Shown in pieces: positions 10,821 through 20,830 of a stretch of 64,000 bases of DNA (positions are counted from its first letter, which is position 1; each line of letters opens with the position of its first letter). The DNA is from an uncultured Acidobacteriota bacterium (GTDB taxonomy: Bacteria > Acidobacteriota > Vicinamibacteria > Vicinamibacterales > UBA2999), in the NCBI GenBank assembly GCA_963734095.1, contig CAVTGK010000040.1, forward strand, positions 162,492 to 226,491, in the 5' to 3' direction. The position numbers were made by a program, and so were the translations under genes. A model generated the notes under the pieces. That model did no database searches. It saw nothing but the letters and a program-made list of their open reading frames with translations, and was not told the origin of the DNA.

Positions 10821-11726
10821 TCACACCGCGGGGTTCAGTCTCGTCACCGCGATTCCGCTCAGGATCAGCGCCGCGCCGAGGAGCTGTTGGCCGGTAATCC
10901 GCTCGCCAAGCCAGACGGCCGCCACGACCATGGCAACGATGGGTGTGAGATTGCTGTAGACCGCAGTCCGCGCGCTGCCGATCTCCTGTACCGCGGTGTA
11001 CCAAATCATGTACGCGAGAGCGAGCGCCAGCAGCGAGGACGCCGCCATCAACAGCCAACTCAGTGCTGAGATACGAGCCCAGTCGGTGGTGATGAGCGAA
11101 GGGAACGCCCCGATGCCGTAGAGGACGGCGCCGATCATCATCGCCCAACCCGTGACGACGAGCGGCGAGTGTCGCTTGAGCATCGGCTGTGCAGCCACCG
11201 AGTAGAGCGACCAGCACAGCATTCCGCAGAACACCAGAAGATCACCCACAAAGGTTGCGGCCGACAGCTCCGCCCGGTGACCGACGAGCGCGTAGATTCC
11301 AGCGAGTGACAACGCAGCGCCGCCCCACCGGGCCGCCGTGAGACGTTCATGCCCGGCAACGGACGACATGATCGCCACCGCCACTGGCGTGCATCCGAAC
11401 ATCAGTGCACTGTTCGCGACGCTCGTTCGCGCGAGGCCAGCGAGGAAAAACAATTGATAGAGAACCGTGCCGACGAGCGCGAGCATGACCAGAGTTGCCC
11501 ACTCGCGACGAGTCAGGCGCGGTTGGGGAGGTCGTTCGCCGGCGGCGGACTGGCGCTGGTGTCGTAGCATCGCGACCAGAAACACCGCGCCTGCCAGCAC
11601 GAGCCGCATGGCGTTGAACGAGACCTCGGGGAAGTCCCGAAGCGCGTATTTGATGGCGGAGAAGTTGGCGCCCCAGATGCCGACCATCAGGAGCAGCAGG
11701 AGGTCGAGACGGGAAAAGCGGCCCAT
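10821..11726 (-). CDS. EamA/DMT-family transporter
   Basis: 301 aa with 10 predicted TM segments. The N-terminus ..LLLMVGIWGANFSAIKYAL.. is typical of the EamA family. Confidence 0.8.
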   Translation of the reverse strand: MGRFSRLDLLLLLMVGIWGANFSAIKYALRDFPEVSFNAMRLVLAGAVFLVAMLRHQRQSAAGERPPQPRLTRREWATLVMLALVGTVLYQLFFLAGLARTSVANSALMFGCTPVAVAIMSSVAGHERLTAARWGGAALSLAGIYALVGHRAELSAATFVGDLLVFCGMLCWSLYSVAAQPMLKRHSPLVVTGWAMMIGAVLYGIGAFPSLITTDWARISALSWLLMAASSLLALALAYMIWYTAVQEIGSARTAVYSNLTPIVAMVVAAVWLGERITGQQLLGAALILSGIAVTRLNPAV

Positions 11727-11781
11727 CGCGTGGGTCGAGATGGTCTGATGGCGCGGGTCTGGCTCGGTAGGTTTGATAACA

Positions 11782-11871
11782 GTGACCAGTTCGACCGCAA
11801 CCTCGACTCTTTGAACTGGTCACTGGCAACTGGAAACTAGCCGGCCGCTGGCTACCGGCCACTGGCCACCG
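11782..11871. repeat. Word hairpin (CCAGTT family) upstream of eamA
   Basis: gtgaccagttc-N20-gaactggtcac, then actggcaactggaaactagccggccgc... Positions 11813-11848 are the reverse complement of 10714-10749 with 2 mismatches in 36. Confidence 0.8.
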
Positions 11872-11878
11872 GCGTGAG

Positions 11879-12223
11879 CTAGCCGCCGAAGGGCTTGATG
11901 AAGAAGAGAATCAGCGTCACGAGCAGCACATAGATGACGAGGGATTCGATCAGCACCAGACCCAGAATCAGAACGCCGCGGATGTCGCCGACTGCCCCGG
12001 GATTGCGCGCAATCGCCTCGGCGGCCGAGCCGATGGCGCGGCCCTGCCCGATGGCTCCGCCGGCCGCGGCGATGGCCAGGGCGAACCCAGCGGTGATGAT
12101 TGACCACTGTACCAGACCGCTGTTCGCGGCATCAGCGGCCGCCTCCTGGGCAAACACGGGCGAGGCCACGCCCAGGACCAGGAACGCCAACATCACAGAC
12201 AGCAGGGAGCGTCGAGTGCTCAC
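11879..12223 (-). CDS. atpE: F-type ATP synthase subunit c with signal-peptide-like N-terminal extension
   Basis: Hairpin of two TM helices with loop ARNPGA and carboxylate helix ILGLVLIESLVIY. N-terminus is MSTRRSLLSVMLAFLVLGVASPVFAQE. Confidence 0.85.
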   Translation of the reverse strand: MSTRRSLLSVMLAFLVLGVASPVFAQEAAADAANSGLVQWSIITAGFALAIAAAGGAIGQGRAIGSAAEAIARNPGAVGDIRGVLILGLVLIESLVIYVLLVTLILFFIKPFGG

Positions 12224-12249
12224 AAAACCTCCTCAGGCGTAATGACTGA

Positions 12250-12648
12250 CTACTTCGGATTGGATCTGACAGCCTCCACGGCGGCGGCCACCCAGAGGGC
12301 CGACACTCCTACAACGATCCCCACCGGGTCGAGTTGCAAGCGGAGCATCATACCGTAGGCTGTCAGGGCCAATATAGCATGTCTTGTGAAAAACTTCACT
12401 AGCGCAAGGCGACGCGAATTCCGCCCGATTTCTCCACTTTTGGCCGCCGCAACCGCCTGCTCCACCACCCCCCGCAGCGCCCACAGCGCCAGCGCCGCCA
12501 GCACCCCGCCCCCGGCCACCCCAAGAGCAAAACGCGGGCGCGCCGGGCGCGCGGCATACGCCACGATCGCCAGGACCGCGACCACCACGGCAAGCGTACG
12601 AACAAACCGTCCGACGACATCAGATCCCGACATCTTCAAAGGAGACAA
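12250..12648 (-). CDS. ATP synthase protein I-like small membrane protein
   Basis: 132 aa with 4 hydrophobic segments. Sits between atpZ and atpE, where AtpI normally lies. Family assignment rests on position and topology only. Confidence 0.5.
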   Translation of the reverse strand: MSPLKMSGSDVVGRFVRTLAVVVAVLAIVAYAARPARPRFALGVAGGGVLAALALWALRGVVEQAVAAAKSGEIGRNSRRLALVKFFTRHAILALTAYGMMLRLQLDPVGIVVGVSALWVAAAVEAVRSNPK

Positions 12649-12666
12649 GCTGAACCGGCGCCGCGA

Positions 12667-12900
12667 TTACGACTTCGGCGTGCGGGAAGAGCCAGCGATC
12701 TGCATCACCCGGTAGACATTGAGGATTCCGGCCGCCAGGCCGACGAAGAAGCCGAGGAACGACAGCCACGGCGTCGATCCCAGCCAATTGTCCAGTAGGT
12801 AGCCGCCGCCGAAACCGATGACCAGCGCGAAGACGAACGACAACCCCAGCGTGCTGAGTTGTCCGATGAGCCGAATATTTTCGCCGGAGATCGGCGCCAC
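12667..12900 (-). CDS. AtpZ/AtpR-type putative F0F1-ATPase accessory protein
   Basis: 77 aa. ..LGLSFVFALVIGFGGGYLLDNWLGSTPW.. matches the ATPase_gene1 pattern. Confidence 0.7.
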   Translation of the reverse strand: MAPISGENIRLIGQLSTLGLSFVFALVIGFGGGYLLDNWLGSTPWLSFLGFFVGLAAGILNVYRVMQIAGSSRTPKS

Positions 12901-12959
12901 AGCGCGAGTCTAGCATTCGCTATACTGATCTTGCCGAAGCGCCTCGGCCCGTCTTGCCT

Positions 12960-13878
12960 ATGTCCGGAGCAGCTCTGGCCCACCTTCTCGTACGCGGCGT
13001 GGCGATTGCGATGCTGCCCGCCCTCTTCCTCGACGCGGACGTTGCGACCGCGCGTGTGGATGGTCAAGCTCGAGAGCGCGTGCTGTACGCCAGCGCGTTT
13101 GACGACAAGCATCAACCCGTCCCAAACCTGGGCCCGGATGCGTTCGTCGTGCGCGAAGACGGCACTCGACGAGAAGTGTTGAGGGTGACGCCAGCCACGA
13201 CACCCCAGTCAGTGGCGATCATCATCGACAACAGTCAGGCCGTGGCACCGGCCATCGCCGATCTCCGCAAAGCATTGACCACGTTTTTGACGACCATCGA
13301 CGGGATCGGTCCGGTTGCGATCTCGACGGTCGCAGACCGCCCGACGAGCGTCGAAGATTACACGACCAACCAGAAGTCACTCTCGGACGCGGCCAACCGG
13401 CTGTTCCATGTGCCAAGCAGCGGTGCCACGCTCCTGGACGGCATCGCGGAGGTCGCCAAAGGCGTCGGGCGACGCGAGTCGGATCGTGCGGCCATCCTCG
13501 TCGTCGCCACCGAGAACACCGAGTTCAGCACATCTGCAGTACCAGGACGTGTTGAAGGCCCTCTCGGACAGCGGCGCCACAATGCACGCTGTCGTGCTGG
13601 TCAACCCTGCTGGCTCGTTTCTGACCGATGAGGCACGCAATCGGGCGACCGTCCTTGATCGCGGCCCCCGCGAGTCGGGTGGCCTGCGCATGGACGTGCT
13701 CACCAGCATGTCGTTCGAGCCGCGGTTGAAAGACCTTGGCGGAATTCTCAAGAATCAGTACCGCGTCGTCTACGCTCGTCCGGAGTCGCTCATTCCACCC
13801 GAGAGAGTCGAAGTCTCGTCTGGAAAGCCGGGACTCGAGGTTCGGGGCACGCCTGCGCGGGGACAGGCCACACAATGA
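12960..13878 (+). pseudogene. VWA-domain protein (VWFA-related acidobacterial type), one frame disruption near 13530
   Basis: ORF 12954..13631 (..AIIIDNSQAV..ILVVATENTEFS) continues in ORF 13315..13878 (HLQYQDVLKALSDSGATMHAVVL..). One extra base at the junction. Confidence 0.75.
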
Positions 13879-14850
13879 AGCACTCCACAAAGCATTGGGC
13901 GAGGGCGCTGCTCCTCGCGACCGCAGGCCTGGGCATGGCATTCTCGGGTAGTTGGCTGGAAGTTGCCCGCGCACAGGGCTCTTCAACTAGTGCGCAGGAG
14001 AAGGCCACAAATCTTCAGGTCCGCGGTTGACGTCGTGTCGCTGAACGTGACGGTGGTTGACGGCCAGAATCGCTATGTCACGGATCTCACTGAGCAAGAG
14101 TTTTCGGTCTTCGAAGACGGTCTCAAGCAGGAGCTGACCTTCTTCAACCGAACGAGCCTGCCGATTGCGTTGTCCCTGCTCATCGACACGAGCGCGAGCA
14201 TGGAAAGCCGGCTGGCAATGGCGCAGGAGGCCGCCGTCGGGTTCGCTCGACGATTGCGACCGCAGGACCTGGCACAGGTCGTCGACTTCGACAGCCGCGT
14301 AGAGATCGCTCAGGGATTTACGAACAACGTGCCCGACTTGGAGAAAGCGATTCGTGGCACCACCGCAGGCGGGTCGACCTCGCTGCACAACGCGCTCTAC
14401 ATCTCGATGAAAGAACTGGCCAAGATCAAGGCGAAGAGCCTCGAAGACGTCAGGCGGCGTGCGATCGTGGTGCTGTCGGATGGCGAAGACACCTCGAGCC
14501 TGGTGAGCTGGGAAGAAGTGATGGATCTGGCGAAGCGATCCGAGACCGCCGTCTATACGATTGGCTTGCAGTCCAAGGACGGCGCGCAGTCGAAGGGCTT
14601 CCGTGAAGCGGAGTACGTTCTCCGCCAGTTCGCGCAGGAGACGGGAGGCCGCGCGTACTTTCCCGAGAAGCTCGACGATCTGAAGGACGTCTACCAACAG
14701 ATCGCCGACGAGCTCTCGAGCCAATACTCGATGGGTTATGCGTCGAAGAATTTTCGTCGCGACGGCGGCTGGCGACGGATTAGTGTTCAGGTCGCGCGGC
14801 CCAATATCGTCGCCCGCACGAAGCGCGGGTACTACGCGGCCGCCTACTAG
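13875..14850 (+). pseudogene. VWA-domain protein (second copy), frame disruption near 14000
   Basis: Signal-peptide frame starts at ATG 13875 (MKHSTKHWARALLLATAGLGMAFS..), ATGA-coupled to the previous gene. It stops after 44 codons. The body is ORF 13963..14850 (FRSAVDVVSLNVTVVD..LLIDTSASM..). Confidence 0.75.
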
Positions 14851-14852
14851 GC

Positions 14853-14970
14853 GGAGTTACAAGTTACAAGTTCACAAGTTACAAACCGCTGGGCCGATCC
14901 ACTCGCGCTCCAGGAGCAGCTCTGACCGAAAACTTGGCAACTCAACTTTGAACTTGTAACTTGTAACTTC
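14853..14970. repeat. Word hairpin H1 (GTTACAA words)
   Basis: ggagttacaagttacaagttcacaagttacaaacc-loop-aacttggcaactcaactttgaacttgtaacttgtaacttc. Ends 4 nt before the next start codon. Confidence 0.85.
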
Positions 14971-14974
14971 ACGA

Positions 14975-15808
14975 ATGTTCGTCTTCCCCCTTCTCCTCTA
15001 CGTCCTCTCCCTGGTCGCGTACGCGATTCACTTTGCGCGCCGCACGCCATCTGCTGGACGTGCCGCAACGGCGTTGCTGGTAGCGGGCGCCTTGGCGCAC
15101 ACGTTCGCCATCGGCATGCAGACGATGGAGGCCGGGCATGTGCCGTTTGCAGGGACGACGCAGGCGATTTCGACGTTTGTGTGGCTGCTCGCACTCGCGT
15201 ATCTGTACATCGAGGTGACGACCGACGAGCGTGGCCTGGGCGTCTTCATTCTCACCATCATTGTCGCGCTTCAGATTCTTCCCGCCGTTCGGGGAGCCCA
15301 AGTCGAGCCGCAATCTCCAGTGCTGGCCCACCCCCTGTTTTGGACCCACGTTGCAGCACTACTGGGCGCCTATGCGAGTTTCGGGCTGGCAGCCGTGATT
15401 GGTATCACCTACCTGCTGCAGTTCAAGGAAATAAAGGCCAAGCACCTGGTGTTCTTCTTTGAGCGGCTACCCTCGCTGCAAGCGCTCGACGTCATGAACT
15501 CGCGAACAGTCTTCATCGGCTGGCTGCTGCTGACGCTCGGCCTCGGTGCGGGTGCGCTGTGGGTTGCCGAAGCGGTGGCGTTGGCGCCGGCCGATCCGCG
15601 CGTGCAGGCAATGTCCCTTCGCGATCCCAAGATCTCGGTCGCGCTCATGACATGGGCGGTCTACACGTTTCAGCTCGTTGCTCGCCGGGTGATCGGCTGG
15701 CGCGGTCGGCCGGCGGCGTATCTCGCGGCGGCAGGGTTCGCGATCGTCCTGCTCAACTTCGTGCTGGTCAGTTACTTCCTGACCGAAAGCCACAATTTCG
15801 GGGCCTGA
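14975..15808 (+). CDS. HemX-like / CcsA-family cytochrome c assembly membrane protein
   Basis: 277 aa polytopic membrane protein immediately upstream of hemA, as in hemAXCDBL-type clusters. No clear WWD heme-handling motif is seen. Confidence 0.65.
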   Translation: MFVFPLLLYVLSLVAYAIHFARRTPSAGRAATALLVAGALAHTFAIGMQTMEAGHVPFAGTTQAISTFVWLLALAYLYIEVTTDERGLGVFILTIIVALQILPAVRGAQVEPQSPVLAHPLFWTHVAALLGAYASFGLAAVIGITYLLQFKEIKAKHLVFFFERLPSLQALDVMNSRTVFIGWLLLTLGLGAGALWVAEAVALAPADPRVQAMSLRDPKISVALMTWAVYTFQLVARRVIGWRGRPAAYLAAAGFAIVLLNFVLVSYFLTESHNFGA

Positions 15809-15809
15809 G

Positions 15810-17096
15810 GTGCATCTCCTTCTGGTCGGTGCCAGTCATCGCACGGCATCGGTTGACTTGCGCGAGCGGCTCGATTTCAGCAGCCGCGGTCTCGAAGACG
15901 CGGTACGCGCCGTCATCGGCCGGCAATCCGCCGCGGAAGCCGTGGTCGTTTCGACTTGCAATCGGGCCGAGCTCTACGTCGCGTGCCACGATCCAAAGTC
16001 GACCATCATCGACCTGCAAACGTTCTTTTCCGAGTTCCACCGCATACCGCTCGAGCAGATTCGGCCGCACCTGTATGCACTGCAGGATCACGATGCGGTG
16101 CGTCACCTGTTCCGCGTCGCCTCTGGTCTCGACTCGCTGGTCGTCGGCGAGCCTCAAATCCTGGGGCAAGTGAAGGACGCGTTTGCGACCGCCTCGCAGG
16201 TTCACAGTGCCGGGCCGCTTCTCAACCGACTGTTCCACTGGTCGTTCGGCGTCGGCAAGCGGGTCCGCTCGGAAACCGGGCTGGCCGAGGGCGCCGTCTC
16301 GGTGAGCTTCGCGGCAGTCAACCTGGCGCGAAAAATCTTCGGGAGTCTGGCGGGCCGCAAGGTGCTCGTGATTGGCGCCGGCGAGATGGGCCGGCTGACC
16401 GCGGTGCATCTCAAAGCGCAAGGCGTCGAATCGGTCACGATCACCAGCCGAACGCTCGCGCACGCGCAAGATCTCGCGGATGACATCGGGGCCGCAGTCA
16501 CGCCGTGGGATACGCTGCAGCCGTCGCTTCTCGACTCGGACATCGTCATCACGGTGACGGGCTCGCCGATACCGATTCTGTCGAAGTCGCAGGTCAAGGA
16601 AGCGATGCCGGCCAGCCGCTCGCGTCCGCTGTTTCTGATCGACATCGCCGTCCCTCGGGACGTCGACCCGCGCGCAGGCGAACTCGAGCAGGTGTTCCTC
16701 TATAACATCGACGACCTCCAGTCCATCGTCCGCGAGAACCTGGAGCGGCGCGGCGTTGAAGTCGGTCGCGCGGATCAAATCATCGACGAAGAGGTGCTCA
16801 AGTTCACGAACTGGCAACGATCACGCGATGCCGTACCGACGATCGTGGCGCTGCGTCAGCACTTCGAGGGGATTCGCAAGGCCGAACTGGAGCGGCTCGA
16901 GCCAAAGCTTGCGGCGTTGCCGCCGGAGGCGCGCGCGCGCGTCGACGAGATCACACGGTTGATGGTCGAGAAGCTCCTGCTCCAGCCGACCGAGCAGCTG
17001 AAGAACGCGGGTGATGCGCATCTCGTGTCACAGTATGCGGCGGCGCTCAGCCGACTGTTTGGGCTCGAGGACAAATCAGAGGACCGGTCGGAGTGA
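15810..17096 (+). CDS. hemA: Glutamyl-tRNA reductase
   Basis: 428 aa with GTG start. ..STCNRAELY..GEPQILGQVK..VIGAGEMG.. Confidence 0.9.
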   Translation: MHLLLVGASHRTASVDLRERLDFSSRGLEDAVRAVIGRQSAAEAVVVSTCNRAELYVACHDPKSTIIDLQTFFSEFHRIPLEQIRPHLYALQDHDAVRHLFRVASGLDSLVVGEPQILGQVKDAFATASQVHSAGPLLNRLFHWSFGVGKRVRSETGLAEGAVSVSFAAVNLARKIFGSLAGRKVLVIGAGEMGRLTAVHLKAQGVESVTITSRTLAHAQDLADDIGAAVTPWDTLQPSLLDSDIVITVTGSPIPILSKSQVKEAMPASRSRPLFLIDIAVPRDVDPRAGELEQVFLYNIDDLQSIVRENLERRGVEVGRADQIIDEEVLKFTNWQRSRDAVPTIVALRQHFEGIRKAELERLEPKLAALPPEARARVDEITRLMVEKLLLQPTEQLKNAGDAHLVSQYAAALSRLFGLEDKSEDRSE

Positions 17097-17102
17097 CGGG
17101 AC

Positions 17103-17170
17103 AGTTACAAGTTACAAGTTCAAAGTTGAGTTTGGGAGTTTGTAACTTGGAACTTGTAACTTGTAACTTC
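17103..17170. repeat. Word hairpin H2 (GTTACAA words), inverted copy of H1
   Basis: Positions 17103-17132 are the perfect reverse complement of 14939-14968 (30 nt). Ends 5 nt before the hemC ATG. Confidence 0.85.
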
Positions 17171-17175
17171 CGCCA

Positions 17176-18123
17176 ATGACCCTCATCCGAATCGGCACCC
17201 GCGGGAGTGCGCTCGCCCTCTGGCAAGCTCGCACGGTCGGGAAGCTCCTCGAAGAACAAGGCGCGCAGACCGAAATCGTCGCGATTCGAACCTCGGGGGA
17301 TGAGGGCTCGGGCCCACCTGACGCTCCCGGGACCAACATCAAGCGGATGTTCGTGAAGGAGATCGAGGAAGCGCTGATCGACGGCCGGGTCGACGTTGCC
17401 GTGCACAGCAGCAAGGATCTGCCCGCGATACTGCCGGAGGCGTTGACCATCGGCGCAGCGCTCGAACGCGAGGATCCGCGAGATGTGTTGCTCATGCGCG
17501 ACGGTTCGACGACGCGCGACTGGCCCACGGTCGTGCGCGCGCTCGGCAAGAGTCCGGCAATCGGTACGACGAGCGTGCGACGGATCGCGCAACTGCGCAC
17601 CATCGTTCCACACGCGACGTTCACGGCCCTGCGCGGCAACGTGGACACGCGCCTTCGGAAGCTCGATGCTGGTGAGTGCACCGCGATTGTTCTCGCAAGC
17701 GCCGGGGTCACTCGCCTTGGCCTCGCGGCGCGGATTTCTGCGTATCTGCCGATCGAGACCTGCGTGCCGGCGCCTGGTCAGGGGATTGTCGCTGTCCAGC
17801 TCCGCGTTGATGCTGACCGAGCGCTGCGATCGATCGTCTCCCGGATTTCTGACCCAGACGCCGAGGCGGCACTGACCGCTGAGCGTGCGGTCGTCCGCGC
17901 GTTGGGAGGCAATTGCCAGATGCCATTGGGGGCCATCGCCCGGATCGATGAGCAAGCGCTCGAGATGCTTGGGCTCGTCGCATCACTGGATGGTCGCACC
18001 GTCGTTCGCGCCTCGGTCCGTGGGAACCGCGGCGGCGCCGCAGCGGCGGGAGAAAAGCTCGCCGCCAGGCTGCTAGCCCAAGGTGCGGCGGCGATTCTCG
18101 AGGCCGCGCGAAACGAAAACTGA
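17176..18123 (+). CDS. hemC: Hydroxymethylbilane synthase (porphobilinogen deaminase)
   Basis: 315 aa. IRIGTRGSALALWQA..VHSSKDLP..RGNVDTRLRKL.. Confidence 0.9.
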   Translation: MTLIRIGTRGSALALWQARTVGKLLEEQGAQTEIVAIRTSGDEGSGPPDAPGTNIKRMFVKEIEEALIDGRVDVAVHSSKDLPAILPEALTIGAALEREDPRDVLLMRDGSTTRDWPTVVRALGKSPAIGTTSVRRIAQLRTIVPHATFTALRGNVDTRLRKLDAGECTAIVLASAGVTRLGLAARISAYLPIETCVPAPGQGIVAVQLRVDADRALRSIVSRISDPDAEAALTAERAVVRALGGNCQMPLGAIARIDEQALEMLGLVASLDGRTVVRASVRGNRGGAAAAGEKLAARLLAQGAAAILEAARNEN

Positions 18124-18227
18124 TTGGGAGAGGCCGCTGCGCGGACCGGCCGCCCTCCGGGCGGAGTGCCGAAGGCCGGCCCATCCGGGAAGCGGCCGAT
18201 CAGCGATCCCTCTAGTACAATCTGGCC

Positions 18228-19766
18228 GTGCTTCGCCGTATCGTCTACTTGATCGGTGCCGGACCCGGTGCGCCCGACCTCATCAGCGCACGCGGCTTGC
18301 GCTGTCTTCAGGCCGCCGACGTCGTCATTTACGACCACCTCGTTCATCCTCGTTTGCTGCACCACGCGCCGCGAGACACCGAACGCATCGATGTCGGCAG
18401 CGCGGCGCCCGAACGGATGGACCAGGAGGCGATTTGCTATCTCATCGCCGAGAAAGCGCGCGAAGGCAAGCTCGTCGCGCGCCTGAAGTGGGGCGACCCG
18501 TTCGTGTTCGATCAAGGCGGGATCGAAGCGCTGTTTCTGAACGAGCAGAACATTCCGTTCGAGGTCGTGCCAGGCGTGCCGTCGGCCATCGGCGCGGCGG
18601 CGTATGCGGGCATCCCGGTCACCTATCCGGGCGCTGGTGACACATTGACGTTCGTCCGTGGCTACGAAGACGACGGCCGCGGCACGCCGAGCGCCGATTG
18701 GGCCGCGCTTGCCAAGCTGGAAGGGACCATCGTGTGCTACGCGGGCCCGCGCCAATTGACGGCACTGGTCAACGCGCTACTCTCCAACGGCCGCCCCGCG
18801 GAGGAATCGGCGGCCATCATCTCGAATGGCACGCTCCTGTCACAGGCAACCGTCACGGGCACGCTGGGAGATCTCGCCGATGGGCTTCGCGAGAAGCAGC
18901 CGTCGGGGCCCGCGATGCTGGTCGTCGGCAAAGTGGTGGGGCTTCGGGATCACTTGCGCTGGTTCGATGCACGGCCGCTGTTTGGGCGACGCGTCCTCGT
19001 GACTCGCTCTCGCGAACAGTCGGCTGAAATGGTCGAACTGCTCGAAGCGCACGGGGCCGAAGCGATCGAGGCGCCACTCATCAACATTGTCCCGCCCGAC
19101 GATTACGGCCCGCTCGATCAGGCCTGCGAGAACGCTGGCGCGTTCGACTGGATCGTGTTCACCAGCGCCAACGGTGCGACCGCCTTCATGGATCGTTTGC
19201 TGGTCGGTCCGCGGGATGTCCGGGCCCTCGCCGACGCCAAGTTGTGTGCGGTTGGACCGGGGACCGCCGCGCGACTCACGCGGTTCGGGTTGAAGGTCGA
19301 TCTGGTCCCCGATGATCACCGCGCGGAGGCTGTCGTCGACGCTCTACGAGCAACCGGCTCACTCAAGGACGTTCGCGTGCTGTTTCCGAAGGCCGACATC
19401 GCTCGCGACACGCTGCCCGAAGATCTGCGCGCGGCCGGCGCCGAAGTGACCGAGGTGATTGCCTATCGCACGGTCACTGCCGAAAGCGACGCGCACCTCG
19501 GAATCTATCGTCAGCTGCTGGACCGTCACATCGATGCGGTCACGTTCTCCAGCGCCTCCGCCGTGCGAGCGTTCGTGTCCATTTACGGCGAGGATCAGGC
19601 GGTCGATCTTCTGAACCACACGACCGTCGCGACAATCGGGCCCGTGACCGCCGATGCAGCCCTGCGCTACGGCATCACCCCACAGATCACGCCCGCGACC
19701 TCGACGGTGTCGGCGCTGGTGGATGCCCTCGTCGCGCACTTCGCATCGGTCCCCCAAGCCACATGA
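18228..19766 (+). CDS. cobA: Fused uroporphyrinogen-III C-methyltransferase / uroporphyrinogen-III synthase
   Basis: 512 aa. N-terminal half [20 protein letters not shown].. (SUMT). C-terminal half [11 protein letters not shown].. (HemD). Confidence 0.85.
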   Translation: MLRRIVYLIGAGPGAPDLISARGLRCLQAADVVIYDHLVHPRLLHHAPRDTERIDVGSAAPERMDQEAICYLIAEKAREGKLVARLKWGDPFVFDQGGIEALFLNEQNIPFEVVPGVPSAIGAAAYAGIPVTYPGAGDTLTFVRGYEDDGRGTPSADWAALAKLEGTIVCYAGPRQLTALVNALLSNGRPAEESAAIISNGTLLSQATVTGTLGDLADGLREKQPSGPAMLVVGKVVGLRDHLRWFDARPLFGRRVLVTRSREQSAEMVELLEAHGAEAIEAPLINIVPPDDYGPLDQACENAGAFDWIVFTSANGATAFMDRLLVGPRDVRALADAKLCAVGPGTAARLTRFGLKVDLVPDDHRAEAVVDALRATGSLKDVRVLFPKADIARDTLPEDLRAAGAEVTEVIAYRTVTAESDAHLGIYRQLLDRHIDAVTFSSASAVRAFVSIYGEDQAVDLLNHTTVATIGPVTADAALRYGITPQITPATSTVSALVDALVAHFASVPQAT

Positions 19767-20743
19767 AGCTCGAGCGACGGTTTCGACGCTTGCGCCGCAC
19801 GCCGGCGCTGCGTCGCCTGGTCCGCGAAACACGGTTGTCGGCGGATCAGTTCGTTTTGCCTCTTTTTGTCTGCGAAGGCGGCGGCGTTCGTCGTGAGGTG
19901 TCGTCGATGCCCGGCGTGTATCAATTGTCGGTGGACGAGGCCGTCACTGAGGCTGCTGCTGCGCGGAGTGACGGCGTCCCCGCGGTCTTGCTCTTCGGGC
20001 TGCCGAATGAGAAGGACGACGAGGGATCCGCGGCAGAGGATCCGGCCGGCCCCGTTCAACAAACCGTCCGGAGAATCCGCGATTCAGTCGCCGACATGGT
20101 CGTCATCACCGACGTCTGCCTTTGCGAGTACACGTCTCACGGGCATTGCGGAATCGTGGCTGATGGAGAGATCGTGAACGATGCCACGGTCGACCGACTC
20201 GTGCGCGCGGCGATCTCCCATGCCCGAGCCGGGGCCCATGTCGTCGCCCCGTCCGACATGATGGACGGACGTGTCGGGGCCATCCGGTCGGCGCTCGACG
20301 AGGCCGGATTCGACCAGGTCGCGATCATGAGCTACGCGGCAAAGTACTGCTCCGGGTTCTACGGACCGTTTCGTGAGGCGGCCGATTCGGCCCCGCAGTT
20401 CGGCGATCGCCGGAGCCACCAGATGGATACGGCCAACGTCGAAGAAGCGCTGCGGGAGGTGGCACAAGACATCGATGAGGGCGCTGATATCGTGATGGTC
20501 AAGCCGGCAATGCCGTACCTCGACGTGATTTGGCGCGTCCGCGAGCGATTCGGATATCCAACCGCAGCCTATCAGGTGAGCGGCGAGTACTCGATGATCA
20601 AAGCCGCCGCCCGCAACGGTTGGATCGATGAAGAGCGCGCGATGCTGGAGTCACTGACGGCCATTCATCGTGCGGGCGCGGAGATCATCATCACGTACTT
20701 TGCGCGCGAAGCGGCTCGGTGTGGTAAGAGGGCTAGGGCATAG
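19763..20743 (+). CDS. hemB: Porphobilinogen synthase (delta-aminolevulinate dehydratase)
   Basis: 326 aa. ..[27 protein letters not shown].. Confidence 0.9.
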   Translation: MKLERRFRRLRRTPALRRLVRETRLSADQFVLPLFVCEGGGVRREVSSMPGVYQLSVDEAVTEAAAARSDGVPAVLLFGLPNEKDDEGSAAEDPAGPVQQTVRRIRDSVADMVVITDVCLCEYTSHGHCGIVADGEIVNDATVDRLVRAAISHARAGAHVVAPSDMMDGRVGAIRSALDEAGFDQVAIMSYAAKYCSGFYGPFREAADSAPQFGDRRSHQMDTANVEEALREVAQDIDEGADIVMVKPAMPYLDVIWRVRERFGYPTAAYQVSGEYSMIKAAARNGWIDEERAMLESLTAIHRAGAEIIITYFAREAARCGKRARA

Positions 20744-20830
20744 GGCGTAGGGGCGTAGAGATGGGCCTAGGGGCTGTGCCCTGACGCCCTGGCCCTGCGC
20801 CCTGGCCCTGCGCCCTGCGCCCTGTGCCCT
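20727..20830. repeat. Word hairpin (GGGCRTA / GCCCTG words) filling the hemB-hemL gap
   Basis: agggctagggcatagggcgtaggggcgtagag...gccctgacgccctggccctgcgccctggccctgcgccctgcgccctgtgccct. Contains the hemB stop and abuts the hemL ATG. Confidence 0.85.

Noticed and set aside
15768-16817. Long antisense ORFs, including 15768..16817, 17778..18755, 1752..2591, 28030..28710, 40034..41194, 41575..42582, 54291..55070, 60238..61389 and 33212..34399
   Set aside because: Each lies opposite a gene with clear family signatures. Their translations are Arg/Gly/Pro-rich with no recognisable motifs. These are the typical shadow ORFs of high-GC DNA.
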